Below the pieces are notes generated by a model. That model was given only the letters and a program-made list of their open reading frames with translations. It did no database searches and was not told where the DNA came from. Of a DNA stretch of 64,000 nucleotides, positions 9,789 through 22,349 are shown piece after piece. This stretch comes from Blastocladiella emersonii ATCC 22665 (Eukaryota > Fungi > Blastocladiomycota): NCBI GenBank assembly GCA_025594325.1, contig JANHCV010000001.1:496001-560000 (forward strand). The letters run 5' to 3'. Positions within the stretch are counted from its first letter, which is position 1. Every line of letters starts with the position of its first letter. The translations under genes and the position numbers were made by a program.

Positions 9789-12245
9789 ATGATAAACCTA
9801 TACCTCGGGACCTTCGAGTTCACGCTGTGGGCGACGCTGACGCGCATGATCTCGGCGAGCGCGCTGGCGACCATCGTGTACCGCCTGTGCTTCGCCTCGC
9901 GCCCCGGTCTCGCCCTGCTCGCCAACCTGTCGATCCCGTCGGCCGTCCCCGTCGTCGTCGCACAGGTCCGCCGGTCGCTCGCCCGCCGCGCGTTCCTGCC
10001 GGCGCTCGCCGCCGTCGCCCTGTTCGTCCTGTCCCTGACCGCCGTGATCGCGGACCTCGCGCTGTCCACGCGGTTCGCGGTGCTCCGCAGCGACCGCGAG
10101 ACCCAGGTCGCGTGGCTCCGCGCGTCGGACCTCGCGGGCGCACGGAAACTGATCCCGACCAGCCAGATGGGCCGCGCGCTGCCCCGCGACCAGGTGCTCG
10201 GCGCGATGCAGGCGCTGGTGCAGGACGATTTGCGGGGGAACGGGAGCGACCCGACTCTGCCCCCGCCCAACGTGTGGCCGCGGACCAGCGGCACGCTCGA
10301 CGAGGCCGAGGTCATGGCGACGGTGCTGCGTCCCAGCCTGTGCTCTGCGGGCCCGGGCGCCGGCGCCGGCGCCGGCGAGGTCAAGCCGCTGACGCCGCTC
10401 GACCTGTCGTACATGCTGGGCCCGGGGTACACGATCCAGAGCAACTACGACGAGTACAGCGCGCGGCGCGCGGGGTCGTTCGGGTTCCAGCAGGCCGTGG
10501 TCGCGCTGCAGGTCGAGTCGAACAGCAGCGTGACGTCGTTCCGCGGGTTCCGCACCCCGCAGGTCGGGTTCCCCCTGCCGCTCACGTACGCGACGGATTC
10601 GCCGGGCCAGGCGCAGCGCGCCGCGTCGGCGGAACAGGCCGCCGCGAACCAGCGCAAGCCCGTGTTCGGCGCCATCGTCGTCGACAAGACGCTGAGCGTG
10701 TACAAGATGGAGTGCGGGCGGACCCCCGACGAGGTGGCCGCGTGGCTCGCGGCCAAGCTCGCGACGCCGCCCGCGCAGCAGCTGAGTTTCGAGGGCAACG
10801 CGCGGACGGGCGCGGCGCCGGACCACGGACCCGTCATGTACCGCGAGGCCGTCGAGTTCTCGAAGCTCCTCGGGCTCAGCTTGACGGGGACCTCGCGGTC
10901 CATGTTCATCCACTCGACGCCCGACCTGCTCAAGAAGGGCGCCTTCGACCTGCTCACGTTCGGGTCCGAGGTCAGCGGCGCGGCTGGGTTCAAGCGCACG
11001 TCGCTCGCCACCGCCATCGACTTCTTTGGGAACGGGACCGCGGGGCCCGGCAGCGGCAGCGAGGCGCTCGACTGGGCGACGGGGATTTCGGCGGTCTCGC
11101 AGACGTGCGCGCCCGTCGCCAAGTCGCCCGCCGTCTTCGTCAAGTCCAACACGACGGCCGCCGCGTCCGCGGCCACGCTCGCGCGGACCAACCCGTACGC
11201 GGCGCTCGTGGCGCTCTCGAGCGACAACCAGAAGCACCTGTCCCCGCAGCAGTGCACGCTGACGGCGCGCGGCCTGACTGCGCCGCCCGTCTCCCCGTCG
11301 GGCACGCGCCCGGGCACGCCGCGCGACTACCCGATCATGACGGACCTGAGCGGGGCGCAGGTGTGCAAGATGCGGGTGCAGACGTTCGAGCTGCGCGAGG
11401 ACGCGGCGGCGGCGGCGACGGCCGCCAACGACGATTTTGCGTTCATCCGGGACATGACGGCCGACATGGTCGGCGCGTTCCGCGTCGAGACCCAGGCCAC
11501 GCCGCTCCAGCTCAACTGCTTGCCGGGCGACGCGACGGCTGAAGCGCCGCCCGCGTATTTCGGCGCGCTCCTGTCCCGCGTGCGCCGCGCCGTCACCGAG
11601 TCGCTGGCTGGAGGGAACGTGGCACGGGGCGGGACGGCGCGCGTCACGGGCGACGGGTGGGCGATCGCGCCGCTGTCGTCGGCGAACACGGGCGGGTGGC
11701 TCGCGACGAGCGACCTCAGCGCGGCGGCGGTCGCGGATCCCGCGGGGCCCGCCATGTACTCGATCACGGCGGTCCGCGTCGAGCTGTGGGAGCTGCTCCT
11801 ATCCGTCGCCGCGGTGTTGGGGGTCGTCGCTCTCGCCGTCGTGCTTCGCTGGGACTCGATGCCGAGTATCGCGCTCGCCGCCGTCTACGAGTACGCGTAC
11901 TTCCAGCAGGCTCAGGGAGGGACTGAGGAGAAGCCCGGAGAGGCGCCGCCGGGCGCAGGCCGCGCCGCGGTCGCGCAAGGGATCCCGTCGATTGACGTGA
12001 TGCAGACCACGAAGCTCGCGCTCGTCGAGCTCCCAACGGCCCCCGAGCCGACGCTTGTTGTCCGGCTTGTCCCGACGGCCGAGGACGGGAACCCGTACCT
12101 CCCGCTCGACGAGGGAGGTGATGCAGCGCGGCGGGGGACGATTGTCGCGACCGGGTACCGGTTCTCGGACCTCGAGGCCGAGGCGCGGCGCCGCGACCCG
12201 GCGGGCGCGCGCGGGTTGTCGGCGGACGCGGTGGTGGCTGTGTAA
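9789..12245 (+). CDS. Orphan membrane protein, about 818 aa (N-terminal TM segments, large loop, one C-terminal TM)
   Basis: Long ORF with the coding-type codon bias and hydrophobic stretches; no family recognised. Confidence 0.65.
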   Translation: MINLYLGTFEFTLWATLTRMISASALATIVYRLCFASRPGLALLANLSIPSAVPVVVAQVRRSLARRAFLPALAAVALFVLSLTAVIADLALSTRFAVLRSDRETQVAWLRASDLAGARKLIPTSQMGRALPRDQVLGAMQALVQDDLRGNGSDPTLPPPNVWPRTSGTLDEAEVMATVLRPSLCSAGPGAGAGAGEVKPLTPLDLSYMLGPGYTIQSNYDEYSARRAGSFGFQQAVVALQVESNSSVTSFRGFRTPQVGFPLPLTYATDSPGQAQRAASAEQAAANQRKPVFGAIVVDKTLSVYKMECGRTPDEVAAWLAAKLATPPAQQLSFEGNARTGAAPDHGPVMYREAVEFSKLLGLSLTGTSRSMFIHSTPDLLKKGAFDLLTFGSEVSGAAGFKRTSLATAIDFFGNGTAGPGSGSEALDWATGISAVSQTCAPVAKSPAVFVKSNTTAAASAATLARTNPYAALVALSSDNQKHLSPQQCTLTARGLTAPPVSPSGTRPGTPRDYPIMTDLSGAQVCKMRVQTFELREDAAAAATAANDDFAFIRDMTADMVGAFRVETQATPLQLNCLPGDATAEAPPAYFGALLSRVRRAVTESLAGGNVARGGTARVTGDGWAIAPLSSANTGGWLATSDLSAAAVADPAGPAMYSITAVRVELWELLLSVAAVLGVVALAVVLRWDSMPSIALAAVYEYAYFQQAQGGTEEKPGEAPPGAGRAAVAQGIPSIDVMQTTKLALVELPTAPEPTLVVRLVPTAEDGNPYLPLDEGGDAARRGTIVATGYRFSDLEAEARRRDPAGARGLSADAVVAV

Positions 12246-12456
12246 AGGTGATGGGTATACACTAGATGGTTGCACAACACAGACGCGCTGCGCCACCGGG
12301 ATGCAGATGGCAGCGGGCTCAGATGATCGTCGCCGAGTCGCCGGAAAGTGCGCCACGTTCTGAGCTTCGGAAGTCAAAACCGCTCGCGCGAACGCGCACC
12401 AACGCTCTCTCTTCCCAGCAAGTATTTATTGCACTCAACTACTACGCATCAACAAC

Positions 12457-13377
12457 ATGGCCTCGTTCTCGGACGTCAAGATCGGCATCATCGGCGGCTC
12501 GGGCCTGTACTCGCTCGACAACCTCAAGGTGCTTGGCGAGGTGCGCCCCGAGACGCCGTGGGGCCTCCCCTCGGACACCATCACCATCTGCGAGACGGCG
12601 ACGGGGACCAAGGTCGCCTTCCTGCCGCGCCACGGCAAGGGCCACTTCCTGACCCCCTCGGAGGTGCCCGCGCGCGCCAACATCGCCGCGCTCAAGTCGC
12701 TCGGCGTCAAGGCGATCGTGGCCTTCTCGGCGGTCGGGTCGCTGCAGGAGGAGATTGTGCCCACGCACTTTGTGCTGCCGACGCAGATCATCGACCGCAC
12801 CAAGGGGATCCGGCCCAGCACCTTCTTCGAGGACGGGATCGTCGGGCACGTCGGGTTCGCCGACCCGTTCCACGCGCCGCTCGCGGACCTGATCGCGCGC
12901 CACGCGGGCGTGCTCGAGGGCGGGGCCACGGTCCACCGCAACGCCACGCTCGTGTGCATGGAGGGCCCGGCGTTCTCGACCCGCGCCGAGTCGCACATGT
13001 ACCGGTCGTTTGGCGCCGGCGTCATCAACATGTCGGTGCTCCCCGAGGCCAAGCTCGCCCGCGAGGCCGAGATCGCGTACCAGATGGTCTGCATGGCCAC
13101 CGACTACGACTGCTGGCGCCCGCACGAGGCCGCCGTCACTGTCGAGACCGTGGTCGCGACCATGACCGCTAACAAGGAGAACGCCAAGCGCCTGTGCGAG
13201 GCCATCCTCCCCGACCTCGAGGCCGCCGTCACTCTCGGCACCTTTGACGGCAAGGACTTCATGGGCGACGTCGCCGGCGCCGCCCGGTTCGCCGTCATGA
13301 CCGCCCCCGAGAAGGTCACGCCCGAGGCCGCCAAGCGGATCCAGTTCCTCCACCCGCAGTACCAGTACGGCATCTAA
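12457..13377 (+). CDS. MEU1: S-methyl-5'-thioadenosine phosphorylase (MTAP/Meu1)
   Basis: IGIIGGSGLY, TPWG.PS, FLPRHG, ANIAALK, EGPAFSTRAES, INMS..PEAKLAREAEI, MATDYDCW. Confidence 0.95.
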   Translation: MASFSDVKIGIIGGSGLYSLDNLKVLGEVRPETPWGLPSDTITICETATGTKVAFLPRHGKGHFLTPSEVPARANIAALKSLGVKAIVAFSAVGSLQEEIVPTHFVLPTQIIDRTKGIRPSTFFEDGIVGHVGFADPFHAPLADLIARHAGVLEGGATVHRNATLVCMEGPAFSTRAESHMYRSFGAGVINMSVLPEAKLAREAEIAYQMVCMATDYDCWRPHEAAVTVETVVATMTANKENAKRLCEAILPDLEAAVTLGTFDGKDFMGDVAGAARFAVMTAPEKVTPEAAKRIQFLHPQYQYGI

Positions 13378-13621
13378 TCGTGTCGTCTTGGACGGTTTGC
13401 ACATACATTCGCGCAGTTTTGACTCTTCTCTTCCACGGGCTCGTGAATCGTGCGGTTCGGTCCGGCTCGCATACGCGCCGCGGCGGGAGACACGATGGGA
13501 GACGCGTCGTGCTTCGTACCGGCTATCGCTCGGCCGCGGCCGTGCGCGCTATACCCAGCGCAAGCTCCGCGGCCCTCGATCGATCCGAGCGCGACCCCAT
13601 GCATCTCCACGAACGAAGCAA

Positions 13622-15863
13622 ATGCATCCGCTGCACCGCCGCGGGGCGTCGAAACACGGCGGCGACTTTGCCGCATCGGCCTTCATCCTGGTCCTCTTGA
13701 CCGTCGCATGGACGCTGCTATGGAACGGCCTCAAGATCGGCCAGCTGTTCTACCAGCTGCGCGGCGGTGCCGATCCGCTCGGCCACGCCAACGCGGGTCT
13801 GCGCGACCTGTTCAAGGCGCTCAACCTCGCGGCGCTCTGGGCCGTCGCCGCGACCATGACCCAGGAGACCCTGTACCTGACGTCGTTCCGCCACCCGGAC
13901 TCGCTCCACCAGCGGCACTCCGAGGAGCCGATCCACGCGTCGACGCACGAGCTGAACGCGCCGGGGACCCCGCGGCTCGCGACGGCGCGGGCGAGGAGGA
14001 AGCGGCGGACGTGTCGCGACGTCCTCTCGCGCCCGCTGCTGTTCATCTTCGGCCTGCTCGCGGTGCGGCTCGCGTCCGAGATCGCGGCCATCGTCGTGGC
14101 GAGCCGCGGGTTCACGGTCGCGACGCCCGCCGAGTACCGCGTCGCCAGCAGCGCACTGTGGCTCCCCGTCAACATGTCAAGAGGGTGGGAGATTTGCGTC
14201 TACGCGCTGGTGACGCTGGTCGGGCCGACCGCGTTCAAGCTGTGGGTCGCGCGGACCGACCCGCGGTCGAGCACGGCCACGATCCGCGGCCCGCTGTACC
14301 CGACGGTCGCGCTCGCGCTCGCGTTCTGGGTCGGCGCCCTGTGCGGGCTGACGTGGGCGTCGCTGCTCCTCGTCGTGCTGCTGTTTGTCAACATCCTCGT
14401 GTTCCTCGCCCTCGTCGTCCTCAACTACCGCCGCGGCACACTCGATGCGCTGCGCGGGCATTTTGACGCCGTGTATTTCTACTATGCCGGGTATTGGGTT
14501 TTTGGCGCGCTCGGCGGGTTGTTGGGGGATATCGGCGCTCTGTTCGTCGGCGGCCGCAACCAGGTCTCGCCCGTGTACCAGGTCCTGTCGACGTCCATCT
14601 CGCGCACCGTCATGGGGTTCATGGTCATGATCGTCGAGGTCTCGGTTGAGACCATTTTCGGGCGCAACGACCTCTGGATCTCGTTTGGTCACCGTGTGCG
14701 CTTCTCCCCTTCCCTCCTTTCCTCTCGCCACGACCACTGAACCCTCCCGCACCGCGTAGCTCCTAGAAGACATCCTCGTGACGTCGCTGACCCTCGAGAC
14801 CGTGTCGTCGCTCGACGCCGCGGCCATGTACTCGGTGACCAACCTCGTCATCGTCCTCATCCGCGACACGGGCTTCGTCGAGGACGCCCTGTTCAGCGCG
14901 TGGGCGCGGTTCAACGTGTTTGCCTGGTACTACCACGCCAACGCGCCGCCGATCGTCAAGCGCCACGTCGACGTGATCGTCCGGTTTGTCTCGGGGCAGC
15001 TGCCTGACCCCGCGGCTGCAGCGAGGTCGACGACCGCGCTCGCGGCGGCGGGCGGCAAGTCGGCGGCGACGCTCCCGCTACCGCCGGCGCAGGGCAAGGA
15101 GCTGGCGCCCAGTGGCGGTCCGCCAGTGTCGCCGACGATCCAGTCGACGGCCGTCATGGCCGAAGAATCCTCCCCTCCTCAGCCACCACCAATCACAACC
15201 CTCGCGCCCCCGCCCCACGCGCTGCCAGACCCCCTGCACGCGGCGTGGCGCGACCACCTGCGCGTGCAAGTCGAGCGCACGCAGCACACGCTGACGGCGC
15301 GGCTCGCGACGCTGGCGAGCGCGACGGCGACGATTGCGCTACACTCGCAGTTCCCGGACCTCGTGCTGTCGTCGTCCAACGGCGCGGCGCGCGTCACGGC
15401 GCTCGCGGGGCTCGTCATCAGCGCCGTCATCGGGCACTCGGTCGTCGTTTGGATCCTCGAGTGGAAGCTGCGGCATACGCGCGACGCGGTGAGGCTCGCG
15501 AGCATGCATCGGGTCGGCGGTGCCGGTGGTGGTGGGGGTGGGGGTGAAGCCTCGCTCCAGGTCCCTGCGCTACAACCGCACGAACCTGACCCAGCACCAC
15601 CACCCGCCCAGCCAAGCCGGCGCCGCGCGCGCGACGAGCGGCGGCGAAAGCGGCGGGCCGAGGTCAAGGACCGGCAGCGCGTTGACGACGAGGCGGCGGC
15701 GGGCGAGGTCCGCCTGTGGCGCGCCGACTTTCGCCGGTCCACGTCGCCGACGCTCACGCTCGCGCTCGTCGCGTTCGCCACGGGGATCCGGTTCCTCATG
15801 TTCTCCGGGACATCGACCTCGACGTCGACGTCGTTGGCGGGGTCGACGGGTGGGAGTGCTTGA
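13622..15863 (+). CDS. Orphan multi-pass membrane protein, intron 14696-14759
   Basis: Two ORFs joined in frame by a GTGCGC..TAG intron with a CTGAA branch-like site; many TM segments; no family recognised. Confidence 0.65.
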
Positions 15864-16339
15864 TACACGTTTGTACTTTTTGTGTGACATGGAGCCCCGA
15901 ATTCCTCGCGACTTTGGGATGACTAACGCGTGAGCGCCTGATCGCTGGTGTGATCCCCGCCACGTGAGCGGCTGAGACGTTCCTGAACTTGAAACTGGCG
16001 TCGGCCCGCCACTTGCGCCGCTTCCGCGCCCGCGGCTGAGCTCCGCGACGCCGATCCGACGTCTCGGGGGACGGAAAATACGCGCGTGAGAGCTCCGAGG
16101 CGCGAGCGTTGCGCGATCCGGTTGCCTGATTCGCGAGGGTACAAGACCCTGCCGGTCCCCCCTTCCCTCGGTGTTGACTGAGCCACAGCACTCTCGCTCT
16201 CTCGCCGCCGTCCTCGCCATCATCGACGACGACGAAGCGCTGGTCGCCCTGCAACTAGACCTACTTCTACACCTCGCCCTGCATGACCACGGCCATCGCG
16301 ATCGGCACCGCATCACTCTAGACCCTCTCCCCATCCACC

Positions 16340-19300
16340 ATGACCCGCACCTCGCGCCTCTTGCTCCTGGCGGCGCTCGTCGCGGTCCTGGCCTCGGCGG
16401 CTACCGCGGCCACGACCCCCGCAGCCCTTCCCGCGGCGAGGCTGCCCGAGAAGCCCATGATCGCGCCCGTCATCACGCCGCGCGACTCCAAGGCCGCCTA
16501 CGTCAACGTCATCCTGGCGCTCAAGGGCACCGCGTACGGGACCGACGCCGACGCCGTCAAGGCGCAGCAGGACTCGTTCCTCAACGGGCTCCGCGCCGCC
16601 AGCATCGGCTACGACCTCGCCAGCAAGCCGCTCACGGGCCTGCTCAACATCGTCCCGCTCAAACTGCACGACGCCGCCCAGGTCGCCCAGGTCCGCAAGA
16701 TGGCTAACGTTGCTAAGATCATTCCCGCGGTACGTCTGGCTTGTTTCGGTTCCGCTTCAACGAGAAACTGACCCGCCCTCGCGTCCACGTACAGGCCAAG
16801 GTCAAGCTCACGGACCCGACGAGCCGCAGCAGCAGCCCCGGCAACCCCGCGACGGCGCCCGAGCTGCACAAGCGCAACATCGACCCGAAAGCCTTCTCTT
16901 TGCTGCAGCCGCACGTGCAGACGGGCGTGTCGACGGCGCACGCGCGCGGCGTGACGGGCAAGGGCGTCCGCGTCGCGGTCATGGACACGGGCGTCGACGC
17001 GTCGCACCCGGCGCTCGGCGGCGGGTGCTTTGGCAAGCCCGGGTGCGTGATCGCCGGGTTCACGGACCTCGTCGACACGGACACCAAGGAGCCCAACGAC
17101 TGCGGGCTCGACGGCCACGGCACCCGCGTCGTCGGCGTCCTCGCCGGCCGCACGCCCGCCAAGTCGGCCGAGAAGTTTGTCGGCGTCGCGCCCGACGCGC
17201 AGGTGTTCGTGTACCGCGTCTACGACTGTAACGCGGTTGCCGTGTCGACGGCGTTCGCCGAGGCGCTCGAGCTCGCCATCACCCGCGACAAGGTCGATAT
17301 CATCAACATCTCGCTCGGCCAGGCCGACCCGTGGGCGCTCGGGTCCGTCGGTCTCGCGCTCGACGCCATCGCCGAGACGCACCCGCAGGTCTCGATCGTG
17401 AGCGTGGCCGGGAACGAGGGCCAGAAGCCCTTCAACGTCGCGGGGCCCGGCTCGCTGCACCCAATCCTGAGCGTCGGCTCGCTCGACAACCGGTTCGTCC
17501 TCGCGCGGACGATGGACGTCGGCAAGGTCGCCCTCGACTACCTGTACTCGGTGTCGAACCCGATCGCGCCGGCCGACGTGTCGCCCGCGCCCGTCACCGT
17601 GCTCTCGCCCTTCACGGCGACCAACGCCACGGCGTGCGACGACTCGAACCTGTACCCGCGCATCGCGCCGCCCGAGATGTACATGAACCGCACCGTCGTC
17701 GTGTTCCAGGGCACGTGCCCGCCGTCGTCGCTCGAGGTCATGGTGTCCGCGCTCGGCAGCCTCGGCGCGCGGTCCGTGATCCTCGCCCTCACCAGCAACG
17801 ACCTCAGCCTGCCCTCGTCGCGCCTCCAGGTCGCCGTCGACACCAAGTGGGCCAAGGTCCCCGCCAACGTCGCGGCGCGCGCATTCAGCCCCAAGGGCGC
17901 CGTCACCGCGGCCAACGTCAACATCACGCTCGGCATGGAGGACCGCGCGGTGCGCCACACCAACGCCGGGCAGCTTTCGGCGTTCACGTCGTTTGGTCCG
18001 ACGGCGACCTTCGATTTCAAGCCCGAAATCGTCGCCGTGGGCGGGAGCGCGATCGCGCCGCAGCCCATGGACAAGGGCGTGTGGGGGCTCAACGACGGCA
18101 CCTCGTTCTCGGCGCCGTACGTCGCGGGCTGCCTCGCGCTGCTGCGCCAGACCATGGGCCGCGCGCCGTCCGCGCAGGACCTCCGCCGCATCCTCATGAA
18201 TACCGCGGTGCCCGCGTTCGAGCGCGACGTCAAGATCCCCGGCATTCAGCCGCTCCCCGTCCAGGGCCAGGGCGCCGGCCTCGTGTCCATGTCGCGCGCG
18301 CTGTCGGGACTCGCCCAGGTCGGGCCCGACGCCGGCCTCGCGCTGCTCCCGCCCGGGTTCCTCGCCAACTCGCCCACGGATATCGCGTCGACCGATACCA
18401 TGGCGCTCGACGGCACCGGGTTCCCGACGTACGTGCGCCGCGTCGTCCTGCGCAACCCGACGCAGGTCCCGACCACGTATTTCGTCGAGCACAAGCCCGC
18501 GCTGTCGCTGTCGGGCGGCACCGACGCCATGGTGCTGGCGCCCTCGAAACTCGACGTGATCGTTAAGAAGCAGGCGACGCCCAAGTACCCCGTGCGCAAG
18601 CCGAGCTCGGCGTTCCTGGTCACGGTGGGCGCGCACGACACGGCCGAGTTCGAGGTGCGCATCACGCCGGACGCGGGCGCGACCAAGGACACGGGCGCGC
18701 TGTTCTCGGGGTACATCCAGATGACGCCCGGCCAGTCGCCCGAGTTTGCCCAGTTCCTCGTCCCCGCGCGCGCCGTGTACCTGCCGTACTCGGGGTACAA
18801 CGGCAACCTCGCCAAGGCGCCCGTGTTCCCCAACGAGATCGACAAGGCCCTCAAGTTCTCGTTCCGGTCCATGGACGTCGACTCGCCCATCATGTTCGCG
18901 CCCCAGGGCACCGTCGCCTCCGCCAAGGCCAACAACGTCGTCGTCCCGTTCAAGTACACGGACAACAACAACATGGTCTTTGTCCAGTACCAGACCTCGC
19001 GCCCCGCGCGCCAGCTCATGGTCATGGTCGTCGAGCGCCGACCCAAGAATGTCACGGTCCCCGCTCCGCCTGCGCCGCCCGCTGCCCCCGCGAACCCGCC
19101 GGCGGCCGCGCCCAAGCTCGTCAAGCGCCAGTACTACCGCCGCCGCTCGACGCCCGCTGTGTCCAAGTCGGTCACGTCATCAACGGCGTCGCTCACCACC
19201 GCCACGACCTCGCTCAACACCACCGCTACGGCGTCGCTCAACGCGACTGCGACGGCCAACAGCACTTCGACGACGGCGACCACCTCGCTCGCGTCGTCGG

Positions 19301-20178
19301 TCACCACCACGTCGCTCCCGATCACGGCCACGTCTACGACCTCGGGTAAGGCTGCCGCTACCAAGTCGGTCGCGCCCGCGTCAACGTCGTCGTCGTCGAC
19401 CAGTTCCGGCAAGACCGCGTCGGCGTCGTCTACCAGTGTTGGCAAGACCGCCTCGACCTCGTCCAGCAGCGCCGCCCAGTCCGCCTCGACTACGTCCTCG
19501 TCGACTTCCGCCACCACGCCCGTCGCCAAGGGCACGTCGTCGCCGGTTCCCTCGAACCTCGCGTCGTCGGCCACGAGCACCGGCACCACCACCACCTCGA
19601 CATCGAGCAGTTCCACCGCGGCCGCGCCGACCACGGCCAAGGGTACCTCGTCGACGAGTTCTACGGCGGCTCCCTCGAGCCTCAACTCGTCCGCCACCAC
19701 GGCCTCGACTTCGGCCAAGTCCACCGCGACGTCGAGCACCACGACGACCAGCAGCACTTCGGCCACCACTTCGACCGCCGCGACCTCGTCCGCGACGACG
19801 ACGACCAGCCCGGCGTCCACGACCTCGTCAGCCACCACCACCACCACGTCCGCAACAACGACGACCTCGTCCGTCCCGATCCCGACGCCTCCCGCTCCGC
19901 CCACGGTGCAGCCCGAGTTCGAGGAGGTGTACGTCGGGTACCTGTTCAAGACGGAGAACATTGGCGCCGCTCCCGGCGAGGTGTTCTGGCAGTCGGACGT
20001 GAGCCCCGTGATGGTGTACGACAAGGAGGCCGACTTTGACGTGCCCGCCAAGCTCAACACGGACGGCGGCGAGTACCGCATCAAGGTCGTCGTGTGGTGG
20101 GGCAAGGATACGATCGCGGACGCCGACATGCTCACGAAGGGTGTCGCGGCGGACGGGCCCATCTTCAAGCTCTCGTAA
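16340..20178 (+). CDS. Secreted S8 subtilisin-like protease (propeptide, catalytic domain with PA insert, fn3-like domain, Ser/Thr-rich region), intron 16730-16794
   Basis: Catalytic triad VMDTG (~16984), GHGTRV (~17116) and NDGTSFSAPYVAG (~18103); KPEIVAVG; QGAGLV; signal peptide. Confidence 0.92.
19141..19875 (+). repeat. Ser/Thr/Ala-rich mucin-like low-complexity coding tract
   Basis: About 245 codons dominated by S, T and A. Confidence 0.85.
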
Positions 20179-20407
20179 TGGCTTTGATTCATAGCTCCCT
20201 ACTTAGTGTACCTACCTAATTACATAGATGTTTCATTCATTCGTCTTTTTGCATGGCTGAACTGATGCAAGTCTGATCGACGCGTGACGCGTCGCACGTC
20301 AGCTGATGGCGGCGGCGCTCTTGTTCGCGGCGAGCGCCCATCCGATCCGATCCCCTCACTCGTGCAAGCTGCCTAGCGAATGTAACCTCCCCTCGACTCG
20401 CTGCAAC

Positions 20408-21306
20408 ATGGACCGCCTCGCGCCTCGCCTCGCCGCCGTGTCCGGGGCACTCGCCGCAGCGCGCGCGGCCTCCTCGTCGACCATCAAGTGGAAGTACCGG
20501 CAGGTCCCACCGCGCGAGGCCGCCGTGATGCTGCCGCTGTGCCGCGTGCACCACGACCCCGCCGACCCGCTGCACGTCCTGTTCACAGTGCGCAGCCCGA
20601 AGCTGCGCGCGCACCGCGGCGAGGTGTCGTTCCCCGGCGGCATGCGCGACGCGAGCGACGCGAGTCTCGCGGCCGCCGCCGCGCGCGAGGTGCACGAGGA
20701 GCTCGGGGTCGCGGTCCCGCATGAGGTGGAGTCGGAAGGCGACGCGCCCGGGCTGATCGGCACGCTGTCGGCGCTGCCCGACAAGTCGCTGACGATCGCC
20801 GTGCACCCCGTGGTCGGGTATTTGGGAGACGTCGACCTCGCGACGCTGCCGATCAACCCCGGCGAGGTCGGCGCCGTGTTCTCGCTGCCGCTCGCGTACC
20901 TCCTCGACCCGAGCAACATGCGCAAGTACGCGCCGCCACCCGCCGCGGGATCGGCGCCGGGCGGGCGGAAGCTGAGTCTCGGCCGCGCCGTGTACTGGCG
21001 CGTCCCCGACGACACTCCCGTGTACCTGCCGGGCGGCCGCGCGATCGGCAAGCACGAGTTTCTCAACTCCCTCCACGACAGCGACGAGGTGCTCGAGGCT
21101 GAGGATACCGACGGGCTCGACGTGTGGTACGGCGGGCTGCTGTGGGGGAGAGGGAGGAGGCGATGCGCGCGCGTGTGTGCTGACTGACGAGTCGTCGGTG
21201 TAGGGGACTGACGGCGTTTATTACCAAGGAGTTTGTCGAGCGCGTCAACAAGTACTCGCCCGCGGCCGCGGCCAACTCAGACGCCGACGCGTCGTCGGCG
21301 AGATAG
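20408..21306 (+). CDS. CoA pyrophosphatase-type Nudix hydrolase (PCD1/NUDT7/NUDT8 family), intron 21127-21203
   Basis: UPF0035 motif TVRSPKLRAHRGEVSFPGG, Nudix box AAAREVHEELG, and spliced C-terminal VW|GLTA motif. Confidence 0.9.
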
Positions 21307-22349
21307 CCTCGGCGCTCATCTCCGCCCGGCCGCAGCGGTTCATGTCTGCATCGATGATGATGAATAATGTCGCAATTTTTGACCCATGCTCTTGACCAAC
21401 CTCTCAGCGTCGAGCGAGCGCGACATTCACAGCGCGCGCCGTGGTCGCGTCGTTCACGACGTGGCTTAGCCCGCGACCAGTTCATGACCCCGCGACTCTG
21501 AACCGCGGCCGACCCCATGGCCAGCGGCTGAGCTGGCTTGCTGCCGTCAGGGACTGCCAGTGCCGCACTCCCGCGCGACGCCTGTACCCGGAGACCGCCG
21601 CCACCGCCGCGGCCGCCGTCGCGAGTCCCACGGCGCGCCACGGCTGAGCCCGCGACACCGACACCGCGTGAGACTGCGCGCCGTGCAACGGCGTGGGGCG
21701 GATCTGCTCTCAAGTAGCGCAGACGGGCCGGCTCCAAGCCCCCAAGGCAGCAACTTTCTTCCCGACGCACCGTGCCGTTCCTCCAGACCTCCCGAGTAGG
21801 TAGAGATCAGAGCGACCACGATCACATCACAGACGCCATCACACCGCTCACCGCTGTGACACGTCGTGTCAACTTTTCATCAACAACAACGACAACGACA
21901 AAGGCGCCAGGCGCGTCTCGTTTTACCCTTGTGTACGTTTGCCTACTGCACGTCCTCGCACGCATGCATGCGTCGCTTCCATCACAACGACGACGTCGTC
22001 TGCGACGAGTTCTCTGCCTGGATCCTCGCCGTAGCGAGCGTGGATTGCGGTCAGACCGAGTATTTTTGGCCCGTGGGTCCATGTCCATTGTTCGCGGCTG
22101 AGAGCCTAGTGGCTCGCCACTTCGCTCATCATCCTGCGCCCATGGTCGCTGCCTCCAAGGTCGGGGTCGCGCAGCTCAGCGCAGTGCTGTGGCGGTGGCC
22201 GTCGTTGCGGGACTCGGCGGTTAGCTCCGACCTGACACGGCCGTGTCGCAAATTTGGACCATCAGAGTCCCATCACTCCGCCGCTGACTCGGTCCCCTCT
22301 CCTCTCTCTCCCTACCCACGAAGATCACGCACGCTAACGCATCGACACC

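Noticed and set aside
18091-18125. Subtilase as a pseudo-enzyme because of GTSFS instead of GTSMA
   Set aside because: The catalytic Ser, His and Asp and the oxyanion Asn (AGNEG) are all present.
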